A DNA stretch of 64,000 nt from Octopus vulgaris (Eukaryota). The position numbers and the translations under genes were made by a program. Under the pieces are notes generated by a model. It was not told the DNA's origin. It saw nothing but the letters and a program-made list of their open reading frames with translations, and ran no database searches. Shown here piece by piece: positions 39,080 to 51,030 of this stretch. The stretch spans positions 121,582,001 through 121,646,000 of the forward strand of contig OX597819.1 of NCBI GenBank assembly GCA_951406725.2. The letters are read 5' to 3'. How positions within the stretch are numbered: position 1 is the stretch's first letter; each line of letters opens with the position of its first letter.

Positions 39080-39082
<3 letters not shown>
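38535..39082. mobile_element. Interspersed repeat embedded in (CAT)/(TAT) microsatellite; probable non-coding part of a microsatellite-targeting retro-element
   Basis: Higher-GC ~550-bp block ending at (ATT)n. An internally deleted second copy at 47035-47185 starts at the same CAGTGCATGCC.T.AAAGTGA.ACTGGGGTA end, also in TTATCA context. Confidence 0.6.
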
Positions 39083-39128
<46 letters not shown>

Positions 39129-39700
39129 TTATAATGCTTGCTAAACTCATTTCATTGCATACATGTTAGAAATGTTATGGTAAGAGTAACAGAAGCTGTG
39201 ATCTCTACAAGCCAGCCCTTCACATTTTGGCGGTGTGGGTGTAGGCATGGGTGGGGAGAGAAGAGAGTGTGCAGAGGAATTATATTACTTTTTTTATTCT
39301 TTTTTTTTTGTTGGTGGGTGGGGTTACTTGTGTGTATTTCTCTAATTATTAACTGGAAATTTTAACAAAGCAAGAAAAGAAAAAAATGAAAAAGAACAAA
39401 AAAAATGCAAATGCAAATATAATACTAAATGAAATTACAGATAAATATATCAGAAAAACACACAAAAAAATCTCCCCCCAAAAAATAAACAACGCATTCA
39501 AGGAATAAATAAATAAATAAATAAATAAATAAAGGCATTAATGAATAAGAGCACTTGTTGATAGGGATTTAAGTAAATTTCTTTGGATTGAATTAACTCA
39601 AGACTCAAAACTTTAACAGACAATTGCTTAAGAGTGTTAAAACATTACTAAAGCTTTATATTACCATTATTGTTATTATTATTATTGGCATTGTTGTTGC

Positions 39701-39731
<31 letters not shown>

Positions 39732-40057
39732 TTATATATTTTTTTGTGGGCTTTTTTCTTTTTTGTTTCTTCTCGCCTTTTGATACGTGTGATTAACTCT
39801 TTTACTATATATGTCATCTGCAAATCCTTCCATTGTTCCACCATAAGACAGAACAAATAGCCAGTGTTGCATTTCAAATATTTCCTTTGTATACTCCTAA
39901 TTTTCTTCCTTTCTCTCTCTCTGTGTTTCTTTGTTTCTTTCTTCTTTTCTTTTACCTGGAGATTTCCATTTGCAGTAAAGCTACTTAATTTCTTTCTCTA
40001 TTCTAACCATACACTTTTTTATTTTATTTTTTTTATTTAATTATTGCATAAAAGAAT

Positions 40058-40146
40058 TCATTATTATTATCATCATCATTGTCATCGTTGTCGTTGTCAT
40101 AATTATCACCATCATCATCATCATCATCATCATCGTCTTCATCACC

Positions 40147-40215
<69 letters not shown>

Positions 40216-40455
40216 TTCATCATCATCATTATAATTATCTTCATCATCGTCATCATCTTCATCATCAACCTCATCATCGTTGTCATCATCATTATCATCG
40301 TCATCATCATCAACATCATCATCATCGTCATCATCATCATCTTCATCATCATCATCATCTTCATCATCATCATTATAATTATCATCATCATCGTCATCAT
40401 CTTCATCGTCGTCATCATCATCATCATCGTCATCATCATCATCATCGTAATCATT

Positions 40456-40498
<43 letters not shown>
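40058..40498. repeat. (CAT)n degenerate trinucleotide array
   Basis: Direct observation. It is the source of the poly-Asp, poly-His and poly-Met ORFs. Confidence 0.95.
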
Positions 40499-40499
<1 letters not shown>

Positions 40500-40509
40500 T
40501 GTTAATGCA

Positions 40510-40730
40510 GCAGCCTGGCAGAAACATTTAGCATACCAGAACAAAATGCCTAAGTGGAATTTCTTCTGGATTTAGATTTGGAATTCAAACTGCACAAGGG
40601 TCAACTTTACCCTTAATCCTTTAAGGGTTGATATAATAAGTACCAGTTGAACTTTTGGGCCTATGTAATTAACTTACCACAACCCCTAAAACTGCTGGCC
40701 TTATTCCAAAATTTTAAGCCATTATTATTA
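40510..40730 (+). mobile_element. Meta-domain-like SINE (old); first of a plus-strand cluster
   Basis: CTGGCAGAAAC.TTAGCA...TTCAAA...GGTCAACTTT.CC.TT.ATCCTTT..GGGTTGAT..AATAAGTACCAG. Further copies lie at about 41340-41500, 42335-42545, 42618-42790, 43705-43900, 47205-47420 and 47435-47640. Confidence 0.7.
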
Positions 40731-40782
40731 TCGTTGTTGTTGTAAACTTGCCGGATAACATGCTTTTTTTCTTTTTTTTTTT

Positions 40783-41330
40783 TACTTGTTTCAGTCATTT
40801 GACTGTGGCCATGCTGCAGCACCACCTTTAGTTGAGCAAATCGACCCCAGGACTTACTCTTTGTAAACCTAGTACATATTCTATCGGTCTCTTTTGCTGA
40901 GCCGCTAAGTTACGGGCATGTAAACACACCAGCATCGGTTATCAAGCGATGTTGGGGGGTTGGGGACAAATACAGACACGCAAACATATACAATACACAC
41001 ATCATCATCATTATCATCATTGTTGTTTAACGTCTGCTTTCCTTGCTGGCATGGGTTGGACGGTTTGACTGAGGACTGGCGAGCCAGAAAGCTTCACCAG
41101 GCTCCAATCTGATCTGGCAAAGTTTCTACAACTGGATGCCTTTCCTAATGCCAACCACATACATATATATATACAACCGGCTTCTTTCAGTTTCTGTCTA
41201 CCAAATCCACTCACAAGGCTGTGGTCGACCTGTGACTATAGCAGAAGACACTTGCCCAAGGTGTCACGCAGTGGGACTGAACCTGGAACCATGTGGTTCG
41301 TAAACAAACTACTTACCACACAGCCACTCA
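40783..41330 (-). mobile_element. SINE family A with nested family D 3' end (41002-41158, minus)
   Basis: Family-A tail and head flank CATCATC...GTTTAACGTCTGCTTTCC.TGCTGGCATGGGTTGG...GGATGCC.TTCCTAATGCCAACC. Confidence 0.85.
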
Positions 41331-41748
41331 TGGCAATTTTTTCAGTTACGCATTCTGAGTTCAAATTCTACTGAGGACAACTTTTCCCGTCATCGTATTG
41401 GGGTTGATAAAATAATGCCAATCAAGTCCTGGAACCAATTTAATATTTCAACTATCCACCCTCTAAAATTGCTGGCCTTGAGCCAAAAGTAGAAAGAACT
41501 ATTATTGTTTATGCTGTTGTGTTTAGTTTTAGCTTTTATTTCATTTTTAAACAAGATTTTGCAAGCTTAATATAGTTTTATCACGCGATTTAATTAAAGC
41601 CTACAAATTAAAGCCTACAAACCTTAATTAGGTGCTTACATATGCCAATATTCATGGAATATAATTTCATTCATTATAAACATGTGCATCTTCATCTATT
41701 CAGCAGAATTCTTCCCGTGATTTTACCAATAATAATAAACATAAACAT

Positions 41749-41793
<45 letters not shown>

Positions 41794-42804
41794 CCCAATA
41801 TTAATATCAACAACTACAACAACACTAACAATGATAATAAAAACAACTCTTGTGGATCCGTTCTTTGGTTAATCTTTGAACTTCTTGAGAATTCCATTCT
41901 ATTTTGGATTCATGAAAATTTTAAGAAACAGAGAAAATTATTGTAATTTCCAAACAATAAATAATAAAAACAAAAGCAGAAAAAAAAAATTAATTCTAAA
42001 GACATCTAATTCAAAGAAAATGAAAAAGGAAAAAAGCTTTCAAGAATTTGTATTTCAGAAATTCTATTTAATTGTCAAAATTAATTCTACCTCAGTTTGA
42101 TAAAAAAATTTTATCTTCTGAGAAAGATTATTCTACGTGTAGCAATTCCATTCTTGTTGCTAATGAACTGAGAATATTAATTTTTGTAATCTCATATTTC
42201 TTAAAGATATACTCATCTATCTTTAGTTGGTTTCCAGAACAAAAGTCAGCTCCAGAGTTGCTGGCACCATGGGCAAACAGGATTTTGGTACCCTTATTTG
42301 TCATAATCATTATTATTGTTACAATTATTACCAAAGTGGTGAAATGGCAGAATTGTTAGCACACCGAATGAAACGCTTGGTGGAATTCCCTCTGTCTTCA
42401 CGTTCTAAGTTCAGATTCCTCAGAGGTCAACTTAGCCTTTCATACTTTAGGGGTTGATGAAATGAGTACCAACTGCACTCTGGGGTCAATGTATTCAACT
42501 AGTCCCCTCCTCCAAAATTTCAGGCCTTGTGCCTATAATAAAAATGAATCATTATTATTATTATTATTATTATCATTATTATTATTGTTATTATTATTAT
42601 TATTATTATTATTTAACATGGCAAGCTGGCAGATACATTGGCATACCAGGCAAAATCCCGGGAGGTATTTCGTCCATCTTTATTACATTCTGAGTTCAAA
42701 TCCTGCCAAAGCTGACTTTGCCTGGGGTCAATTTAATCAACTTGCCCCTCCCGCAAAATTTCAGTCCTTGTGCCTTTTAGCAGAAAGGATCATTATTATT
42801 ATCA

Positions 42805-43166
42805 TTGACTTTTGCTTTGTATTTGTACAAGTTGACTCCAAGTCTCACCCAGGGACCTCAAAAGACAACAAGTTAAAAGTTCAAGTCTGTGTTATGATTA
42901 GGGTGCACATATTTGGCATAAAGTATTATTCTAGAGAATATGTCGAAGTGTAAGTAAATAAAAAGTTTATTTTAAAGTAATTTGATTATAAGATGTTAGT
43001 GTGACGTTTAGATGAGAGTAAAAAGTATCTACATTTGAAAGGATTTTGACACTGTTTACAGATTAAAATGTTTCTGGGATTACATACACAATATTTTTCC
43101 TGGGATATGAGTAGATCCAATGAGCACTAATTTTTGAATTTCTTCCATATTTGGATTTCCTGGTAT
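42805..43166 (-). mobile_element. R4/Dong-like (RLE) non-LTR retrotransposon 3' end, copy 1
   Basis: Minus frame IPGNPNMEEIQKLVLIGSTHIPGKIL matches the C-terminus of RLE-bearing elements. The 3' UTR is shared with copy 2, and the element is flanked by TAT/CTT/CAT repeats. Confidence 0.7.
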
Positions 43167-43194
43167 TCTTCTTCTTCTTCTTCTTCTTCTTACT

Positions 43195-43241
<47 letters not shown>

Positions 43242-43242
<1 letters not shown>

Positions 43243-43650
43243 TTATGTTTGACTTTTGTTTTGTACTTGTACAAGTTGGATCCAAGTCTCACCCAGAGAC
43301 CTCAAAGAGACTAGTTAGAAGTTCATGTTGATGTTATACTTAGGGTGCCATATATTTCGTTTTGCACATACTATTGTTTTAGAGAAACCATAGGAAAATT
43401 ATGAGTTTGTTTTAAAATTTGAGATTACACACACAGTATTTTAAGGACATGGGCAGTTCCCATGAGCACTATCTTTTGAATTTCTACCATTTTGGGATCT
43501 CCTGGTATCTGAGCTAGTTAACAATTTTGCTATCATTCCTAGGGCACCTATGACAACAGGTATTGTTTTAGTCTTCAGGATCCACATTTTGCTAATTTCT
43601 GTTTTAAGATCTTTATACTTGCTCAGTTTTTGAAACCTCTTGACAGATAC

Positions 43651-43655
<5 letters not shown>
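43242..43655 (-). mobile_element. R4/Dong-like (RLE) non-LTR retrotransposon 3' end, copy 2
   Basis: Minus frame NVSVKRFQKLSKYKDLKTEISKMWILKTKTIPVVIGALGMIAK, then after a frameshift QIPGDPKMVEIQKIVLMGTAHVL. The K..KY.DL and P+V+GALG motifs mark the restriction-like endonuclease C-terminus. The 5' side abuts (TAT)n. Confidence 0.8.
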
Positions 43656-43698
<43 letters not shown>

Positions 43699-44043
43699 AA
43701 CAAAAGTGATGTGCTGGAGGAATTGTTAGTGTGTCAGAGAAAATGCTAAGCTTCATTTCTTCTGGCTCTGTACATTCTGAGTTCAAATTCTGAGGTGCTA
43801 ACTTTGTTTTGGCTCCTTTTGGGGTTGATAATATATACTATTAGTGAAGTACCGGGGTCAATCTAATCAATTAGCTTCCTTCCCTTAAAATTACTGTTGT
43901 TTAGAAAGAAAAAAAATGAAGATGGAATTATGATGGAAAGTTTTAATTTAGGGGTCGTTCTAAAGCAGGAAGTTTGTATCATAGATCCAGCATCAGTCTC
44001 AGGCGGGTTGAAACTACGATGGAAGGTTTGAATTTAGATCCCT

Positions 44044-44272
44044 TTAACCCTTTAGCATTCAGATTAATTTGGCAAAAATAATCCTTATTTATTCACATTT
44101 AAAAAAATTCATCTGATATTATTTTTGTAGCTTCAAGATAGGAAAGATGTAATTGCTTATTTTTAGAATGACATTGCAGGGTAGGTGTGAGATGCTGGTT
44201 CTGGCCAGTTTGAGCATAAAATGTGTAGAATATTTGGGCCGGATACAGCCAGTTTAAACACTGAAGGGTTAA
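44044..44272. mobile_element. piggyBac-type MITE (same family as 1621-1849)
   Basis: TTAACCCTTTAGCATT ... AACACTGAAGGGTTAA. Confidence 0.8.
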
Positions 44273-44968
44273 AGCTGGAAGTTTCTATCGTTGATCTTCA
44301 ATCTCAGGTGGGTTGTTATTTAAAGGGTAATTTCTTAATTGAAATGTTTACAGAAAAATTCTTCTCTGTTCAAGCTTTTTCTCCTTAGTTTTGACTTGCA
44401 GGCATTATTCCATAATTCATGTAGTTAGAAATGGGGCAGTTAGAGAGAGAGAAAGAGAGACAGAGAGGGAGAAAGCGGCAGAGAGAGGGAAGAGGGGGGA
44501 CAGTAGGAGAGAAAGAATAAGAGACAGAGGGAGAAAGAGAGAGAGAGAGAGAGAAAATGAGAGCATGTGGTGTTTGTATAGGTTCAACTAATTTCAGAAA
44601 GTCAACAGGATTTATATAAAAGATTGATGTTTAATCTCAATAAATTTCCTATTCCATCAATCAAAAATATCTTATTTCATATCAATAAAACTTGTTGCTT
44701 TAGCAGTTAGAAATCCACCCCTATTTCTACCCACATCCCATACATACTCCCTGATGAATGATTAGCGAATTAAAAAAAAAAGACAAAAAATGGGAAAAGA
44801 AAGATCACTACTAGTCTAGATACAGGCATGGCTGTGTGGTAAGAAGCTTGCTTCTCAACCACATGGTTCCGGGTTCAGTCTCACTTGGGCAAGGGTCTTC
44901 TACTATAGTGTTGGGTTAACCAAAGTTTTGGTAAACAACAAGAAGCCTGTTATATGTATATATATATG

Positions 44969-45003
<35 letters not shown>

Positions 45004-45054
45004 CATGTGTGACTGTGTTTGTCCTTCACCATCATTTGACAACCAGTGTTGGTG

Positions 45055-45137
45055 TACATTATTTACATTTGACGGATATTTGTACTCAGGTGTCTTGGGG
45101 AAGATTCCAAGTTCGATTCCAGGCAGTGACCTGAATA

Positions 45138-45182
<45 letters not shown>

Positions 45183-45380
45183 ATAGTAATAATAATAATA
45201 ACAACATTGAAAAATACCTTAGGAATGAGAACCCAGGTTCAAAATTTCCCCAAGACACCTGATGAAGGCTGGCGGGTATACCAGAGGAAACATTGTGTTA
45301 ACAACAAAGATGAGGACAAATATCCGTCAAATGTAAATAATGTAAGTAATGTACATAATTCCTCATTTCTTAAATATATA
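45055..45380 (+). mobile_element. Penelope-like element remnant with inverted terminal repeats
   Basis: TACATTATTTACATTTGACGGATATTTGT.CTCA (45055-45088) is the reverse complement of 45311-45344, and GGTGTCTTGGGGAA is the reverse complement of TTCCCCAAGACACC. The right arm carries a hammerhead-like core. Confidence 0.65.
45254..45299 (+). ncRNA. Degenerate minimal type-I hammerhead ribozyme motif
   Basis: GACAC-CTGATGA-AGG CTGG cgggtata CCAG ag-GAAAC-ATT-GTGTT: stem I GACAC/GTGTT, core CUGAUGA and GAAA, and a partial stem II. The base of stem II and the AACGTT palindromic stem III appear mutated. Confidence 0.5.
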
Positions 45381-46244
45381 TTTCTTTACTACCCACAAGG
45401 GGCTAAACATAGAGGGGACAAACAAGGACAGTGTTGGTGTGTTTACATCCCCACAATGCTGTGTTCCGGCAAAAGGGACTGATAGAATATGTACCAAATT
45501 GAAGCATTGGTTTCAATTCATTCGACTTAAACACTCCAAAGCTGTGCCCCAGCATGGCCACCAGCTAATGACAGAAAACAAGCAAGAGATAACAGATAAA
45601 CGATAAATAAAAATAAAATTACAAAATTCCAGTTGATGAAGATAACCAGGAAAGCCATTTTTGGTTTTGTTTTTCTGTTTAGATAACTTTTTCAAGTTGT
45701 CTACAATTCCGTTGTATTTTGATAATTCCTTGATACATTGCAGCATTCCATTCATTTATATTCCGCTGTCTTCTAATCGTTTGTGTATATAATATATTCT
45801 GGCTATGTTATTCCGAAATTTGTGTCTCTATACTAAATGCATTCACATATTCCATATTCTGTCTGTCTGCGCATTCTGTTATTCACATCATCTATTCTTA
45901 CTGTTTTGTTATATTATTCCCATTCCCATACACTTTGTTCTTCATCTACTCATGTATTCCTTTTATGGATTTTGTTATTCTATTGTGCCATTTTATATCT
46001 ATTATCGCTTTTGTCTTGAGGCTTCTGTGTGTTTTATTTTGTGTTTCGTTTTTCTTAACTACAACACTGTTTTATCATTAGTAAACAAAACACATGTTTA
46101 TCAGTATTATCAAAGATGCAGACATGGCTGTGTGGGTAAGAAGCTTGCTTCTAACCACATGGTTTCAGGTTCATTCCTGCTGCATGGCACCTTGGACAGT
46201 GCTACTAATGGGCACTGCCAGTTCAGCTATGTCTGCTCAAGTTT

Positions 46245-46522
46245 GTTCCTTCTCAAGCCATGCCTGGCTCATAAGGGCTGGTTTCCCATTTTCCATGGCA
46301 TATAGGTTCCCCACCTGTCACAGGTGAGCCGCAAGATGCAGGAGGAAAGAGAGAGAGAGAAAGTTGTGACGAAAGAGTCAGCAGAAGTTCACCCTTACCT
46401 TCTGCCAGAGCTGCGTGGAGCTTAGGTGCTTCACTCATAAACACACACATTGCCTGAGATTCGAACCTGCGATCCCTCAGCCGTGAGTCCGCTGCTCTAA
46501 CCACTAGGCCATGTGCCTCCAC
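46245..46522 (-). mobile_element. tRNA-derived SINE family B
   Basis: Homologous along its length to 2162-2456, with two small internal deletions. Confidence 0.85.
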
Positions 46523-47664
46523 AAAATTTTGTTACGGATTTTCTTCGGCGTTCTGACGATTCTGCCAGCTCGCCGACCCCTACTCAAGATGTGTGCCGAG
46601 CAACAAAACTGTTCTGCAATCATTGCTGATTCGCAGAGTTTTTGTCGAGTTGTTGCTGTCATACTTAGCACTGATTCAGCTGTTGGCTGATTCCATCCAT
46701 AAGATCAGCCCACCATCTTTTTGAACAAGAAGGGCACACAGCTTTCCTCTGTCTGAGGTTGTGTGGTGGACTATGCTAAAAGGAACAAAGATAGACGCTT
46801 TCCTTATCAGCCAAGCCTTCATCGACACTTTCAACCCCCACATGGAATGGCAAGGTCTCTGCTGGTAAAAAGAAGAAATCATTATCATTTTTGACATTTT
46901 GTCCAACTTCCACATTCTGAATTCAAATTCCTCAGAGGTTCACTTTGTTATTTTTTTCACCCTTTGGGATTGATGAAATTGATTTAACCCCTCTTCAAAA
47001 TTTCAGGTCTTGTGCCAAAATTTGAAACCATTATCAGTGCATGCCATCAAAGTGATACTGGGGTACAAATTTACATGTGCATGACATGGTGATCTCATAT
47101 CAAGTTAAACAACACATGTCCTTGCAGATGGGGCCCAGTTAGAATTTTTTTCAGGATGAGTAGCCCATCCCACTCAAAAGGTTCCTTATCATTATTATTA
47201 TCAAGACAAGCTGCCTGAATCATTAATATCAGATAAAATTCTTATTGACATTTCATCTAGTCTTATGTTCTGAGTACAGATTCCATCGAGGTCAACTTTG
47301 CTCTCATTCTCCCAGTGTCAGTAAAATAAGGACTAGCTGAGCACTGGGGGTCAATGTAATCAACTAGCTCCACTCTCCAAAACGTCGAGCCTTGAGCCTA
47401 AAGCAGAAAAATTATCATTATATGCAGAAAACTGAGCTGGCAGAATTGTTAATGCATCAGATAAAATGCTTCCTGACATTTCTTCTAGGAGTTTACATTC
47501 TTAGTTCAAACTCTGGTAAGTCCAGTTTTGCCTAGTCAACTTTTCGGGTTGATAAAATAAATACCAGTGAAGTACCACTGTTGATACAGTTGAGTATGTC
47601 TCCCCTACTAAAATTGTTTGTCTTGAGACAAAATTTGGTACGTCATTATTTTATTCTTCTGTAC

Positions 47665-47858
47665 TTTTACTTGTTTCAGTCATTTGACTGTGGCCATGCT
47701 GGAGCGCCGCCTTTAGTTGAATGCATTGACCCCAGGACTTATTTTTTGTGAAACTGGTACTTATATCAGTCTCTTTTGCTGAATTGCTAGATTAGGGGAT
47801 ATAAACACACCAACATCAATTGTCAAGCGAAGTTGGGGGGGCACAAACAGAAACACAC

Positions 47859-47896
<38 letters not shown>

Positions 47897-48060
47897 TATG
47901 TGATGTGCTTTTTTCAATTACTGTCTACCAAATCCACTCACATGGCATTGCTCAGCCCGAGGCTATAGTACAAGACATTTGCCTAAGGTGCCACGCAGGG
48001 AACTGAACCTGGAACCATGTGGTTGGGAAGCAAGCTTCTTACCAAACAGCTATGCCTGCC
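47665..48060 (-). mobile_element. SINE family A
   Basis: Complete reverse-complement tail, (CA)n centre and head. Confidence 0.88.
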
Positions 48061-48135
48061 CCTACTGTTTAGAAAAAAAGATTTATTTGTGAACTGTGGA
48101 ACAACTCAAGACACCCACAGTCCTTGGAGAGACAA

Positions 48136-48176
<41 letters not shown>

Positions 48177-48767
48177 CAGACACACAGACAGACAGACATG
48201 GGCAGATTGACAGGCACATAGGCAGTCAGTTAGACAAACCACGTGCATAATCATCTATATTAACTAAGTGATTCTTTCGATTACTGTTTCAGAAAGTATT
48301 ATGGTCAAGGCTAAATTTCACTGATAAGGTCAGAATAATACAAAAACATGCCCAGGGTTATCTTATGCATTTGCTAGAAACATGAAAACAAATATTAGTC
48401 ATTGATTAATACTACTAGTCCTTCTAGTACCCCCATCTACCCACCCTATCCACCCACCTCCACCTTATTTTTAATCAGCATTTTTTTTTTAATGTTCCCT
48501 TATATTAAATACATTAACACTAACTTATCTAGATAAATAGTTAATCTTAAAAAAAAATATGTAGGACAATCTCCGTTGTGGTGGTGGTGATGATGGTGGT
48601 GGTGGTTTTGTTGGCGGTGGTGGTCAGGGAAGGGGAGCCTTAACATGTGTTAAGAGATAAAGAGTCTCTTATTCTTTTATCATTGTTATGCAAATATATG
48701 AATTAAAAATTAATATTCTGATATGATCCATTTATTTACTTTTTGCCTGCAAGTTTTTGCTTTATTT

Positions 48768-48829
<62 letters not shown>

Positions 48830-49454
48830 TATAATAATAATAACAACAACAATAAGAAAAATTTTAATAACTACTACCTCAAATTTTAATCATTTGTTGT
48901 TGTCTGTAGCTGATATAAGTGATAATTAAAATAATTTTTGTTTTTTTTTGCTTATTTTTCATTTATTTGTTTTGTCTCTTTGTTGATTTTTTTTTTGTTT
49001 TTGTTTTTATTAAATTCTTTATCTTAATCAGTAAAAAGATAATTTCATAAGTGAATTTTCCAAATCAAATCCATACAGCGCCACCGTTTTCTCTCTTCTC
49101 CCACTTTTCTGCTAATCTGCATAAGACTCTTTCCATGAATATTGAGGGATTTCAACGGATGTTGATGATATTTCAGTTTTAATTAATTTAACCCTTTGAA
49201 TATATTATATTTTTGGCTTCCCTTCTCATCTCTTTGCTTCTGTTGGCTGCACCACCTCCACCCCCCACACCCCGCTCCCCCCCATTTTAATAAAAAAAAC
49301 CTCTAAATTGTAAATCACCGAAAAGCAGGTTTACTTTGGTTTTGAATTTAAAACTACAGCTGTGATATAACTTCACAAAAATAAATTCTGTTCTGGGAAG
49401 ATTACATTGTATTTTAGAAAATATTATGTTATGTGTACATATGTGTATACATTA

Positions 49455-49611
49455 GGCGTAAGAGTGGCTGTGTGGCAAGTAGCTTGCTTACCAACCACAT
49501 GGTTCTGGGTACAGTCCCACTGCATGACAACTTGGGCAAGTGTCTTCTACTATAGCCTCGGGCTGACCAAAGCCTTTTAAGTGGTTTTGGTAGATAGAAA
49601 CTGAAAGACGC

Positions 49612-49666
<55 letters not shown>

Positions 49667-50258
49667 TTGTGTTTTTCTATTTGTCCCCCTAACATCACTT
49701 GACAACCGATGCTGGTGTGTTTACGTCTCCGTTACTTAGTGGTTCGGCAAAGGAGACCGATAGAGTAAGTACTAGGCTGACAAAGAATAAGTCCTGGAGG
49801 CGATTTGCTCAGCTAAAGGTGGTGCTCCAGCATGGCTACAGTCAAATGACTGAAACAAGTAAAAGAGTAAAAGAGAGAGAGAGAGTATGTGGACATGTGG
49901 TTAAGAAGCTTGCTTCCCAACCACATGGTTCCGGGTTCAGTCCCACTGCATGGCACCTTGGGTGAGTGTCTTCTACTATAGACTCGGGCCGTAGTAGAAG
50001 TGATAGACAGAAACTGAAAGGACCCCGTTGCATATTTGTGTGTGTTTGTGTGTCTGTTTGCCCTCCCCACCACCATCGCTTGACAGCCGATGTTGGTGTG
50101 TTTACATCCCCATAACTTAGTAGTTCTGCAAAAGTGACTGGTAGAATAAGTACTAGGCTTACAAAGAATAAGTCCTGCGGTTGAGTTGTTCGACTAAACG
50201 GCTGTGCTCCAGCATGGCCACAGTCAAATGACTGAAACAAATGAAAAGGATAAAAGAA
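49455..50258 (+). mobile_element. Two head-to-tail SINE family A copies (49455-49872, 49890-50258)
   Basis: Two complete head-centre-tail units separated by a short (GA)n. Confidence 0.9.
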
Positions 50259-50636
50259 TATATTTCTATGTGTGTGTGTGTGTGTGTATGCTGTGTGTGT
50301 GTGTGTGTATATATATATAAATATGTATTTATCTGTGTGTGTGTGTGTATGCTTGTGTGTATATATATATATGTATCTATCTGTGTGTGTATATGTGTAT
50401 GCTTGTCTGTGTATATACATATATTTATTTATCTCTGTGTGTATGCATGCTTCTATGTGTATATATATATGTATGTATCTGTCTGTGTATGTGTGTTTAT
50501 TTGTGCAGCACAAATGTTGTCAGTGACCAGGCCATGGTTTTGAGCAATGGAACTTTTAGCACTTCACTACTTTCAAATTTTGGCACAGTAAAAGAACGTG
50601 TCTAGATATGTGGCTATATGCATGAGAATACATGCA

Positions 50637-51030
50637 TAATAATAATAATAATAATGAAATTATTGTATGCAGTGCTCAAGTGCACCACAACTTGTCAGAA
50701 AGTGCATATAAAGTACATGCAGTAATGTAGAAATGTCTGGAAAGTGAACATGCTTGTGTGTGTATGGAGGGGAGAAAATCAAGTGTAGTGTTGGCGAATC
50801 TCAGGAAGCATGGAAGTCTTGAAGGATACAATGCTCCGACAACTAACAACTGATGCCGGCAGTTTGTTCCACGCTTCAGCAACTCTCAGCGTGAAAAAAT
50901 GTTTCCTGAAGTCATGGGAGCTGTGCTGTTTTCTTACTTTGTAAATATGTCCACGGGTGTTAGACGGGTGGAGTTTGAAGAGGTGCTCAGAGTTATTGTT
51001 TGTGCGATGGTTGATAATTTTATGGGTGAA
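50637..51030 (-). mobile_element. CR1/L2-group LINE 3' end (ORF2 C-terminus, 3' UTR, (ATT)n tail)
   Basis: HKIINH...LF...SNTRGHIYKVRKQHSSHDFRKHFFTLRVAEAWNKLPASVVS..SI.SFKT. TRGH..K, R..FF..RV...WN.LP and VV......FK are CR1-type ORF2 C-terminal motifs. Confidence 0.88.

Larger units (their letters stand above)
44824..45600 (+). mobile_element. SINE family A interrupted by a composite insertion
   Basis: Head and body at 44824-45055, tail at 45429-45600. CAGTGTTGGTGT is duplicated at 45044-45055 and 45429-45440. Confidence 0.8.
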
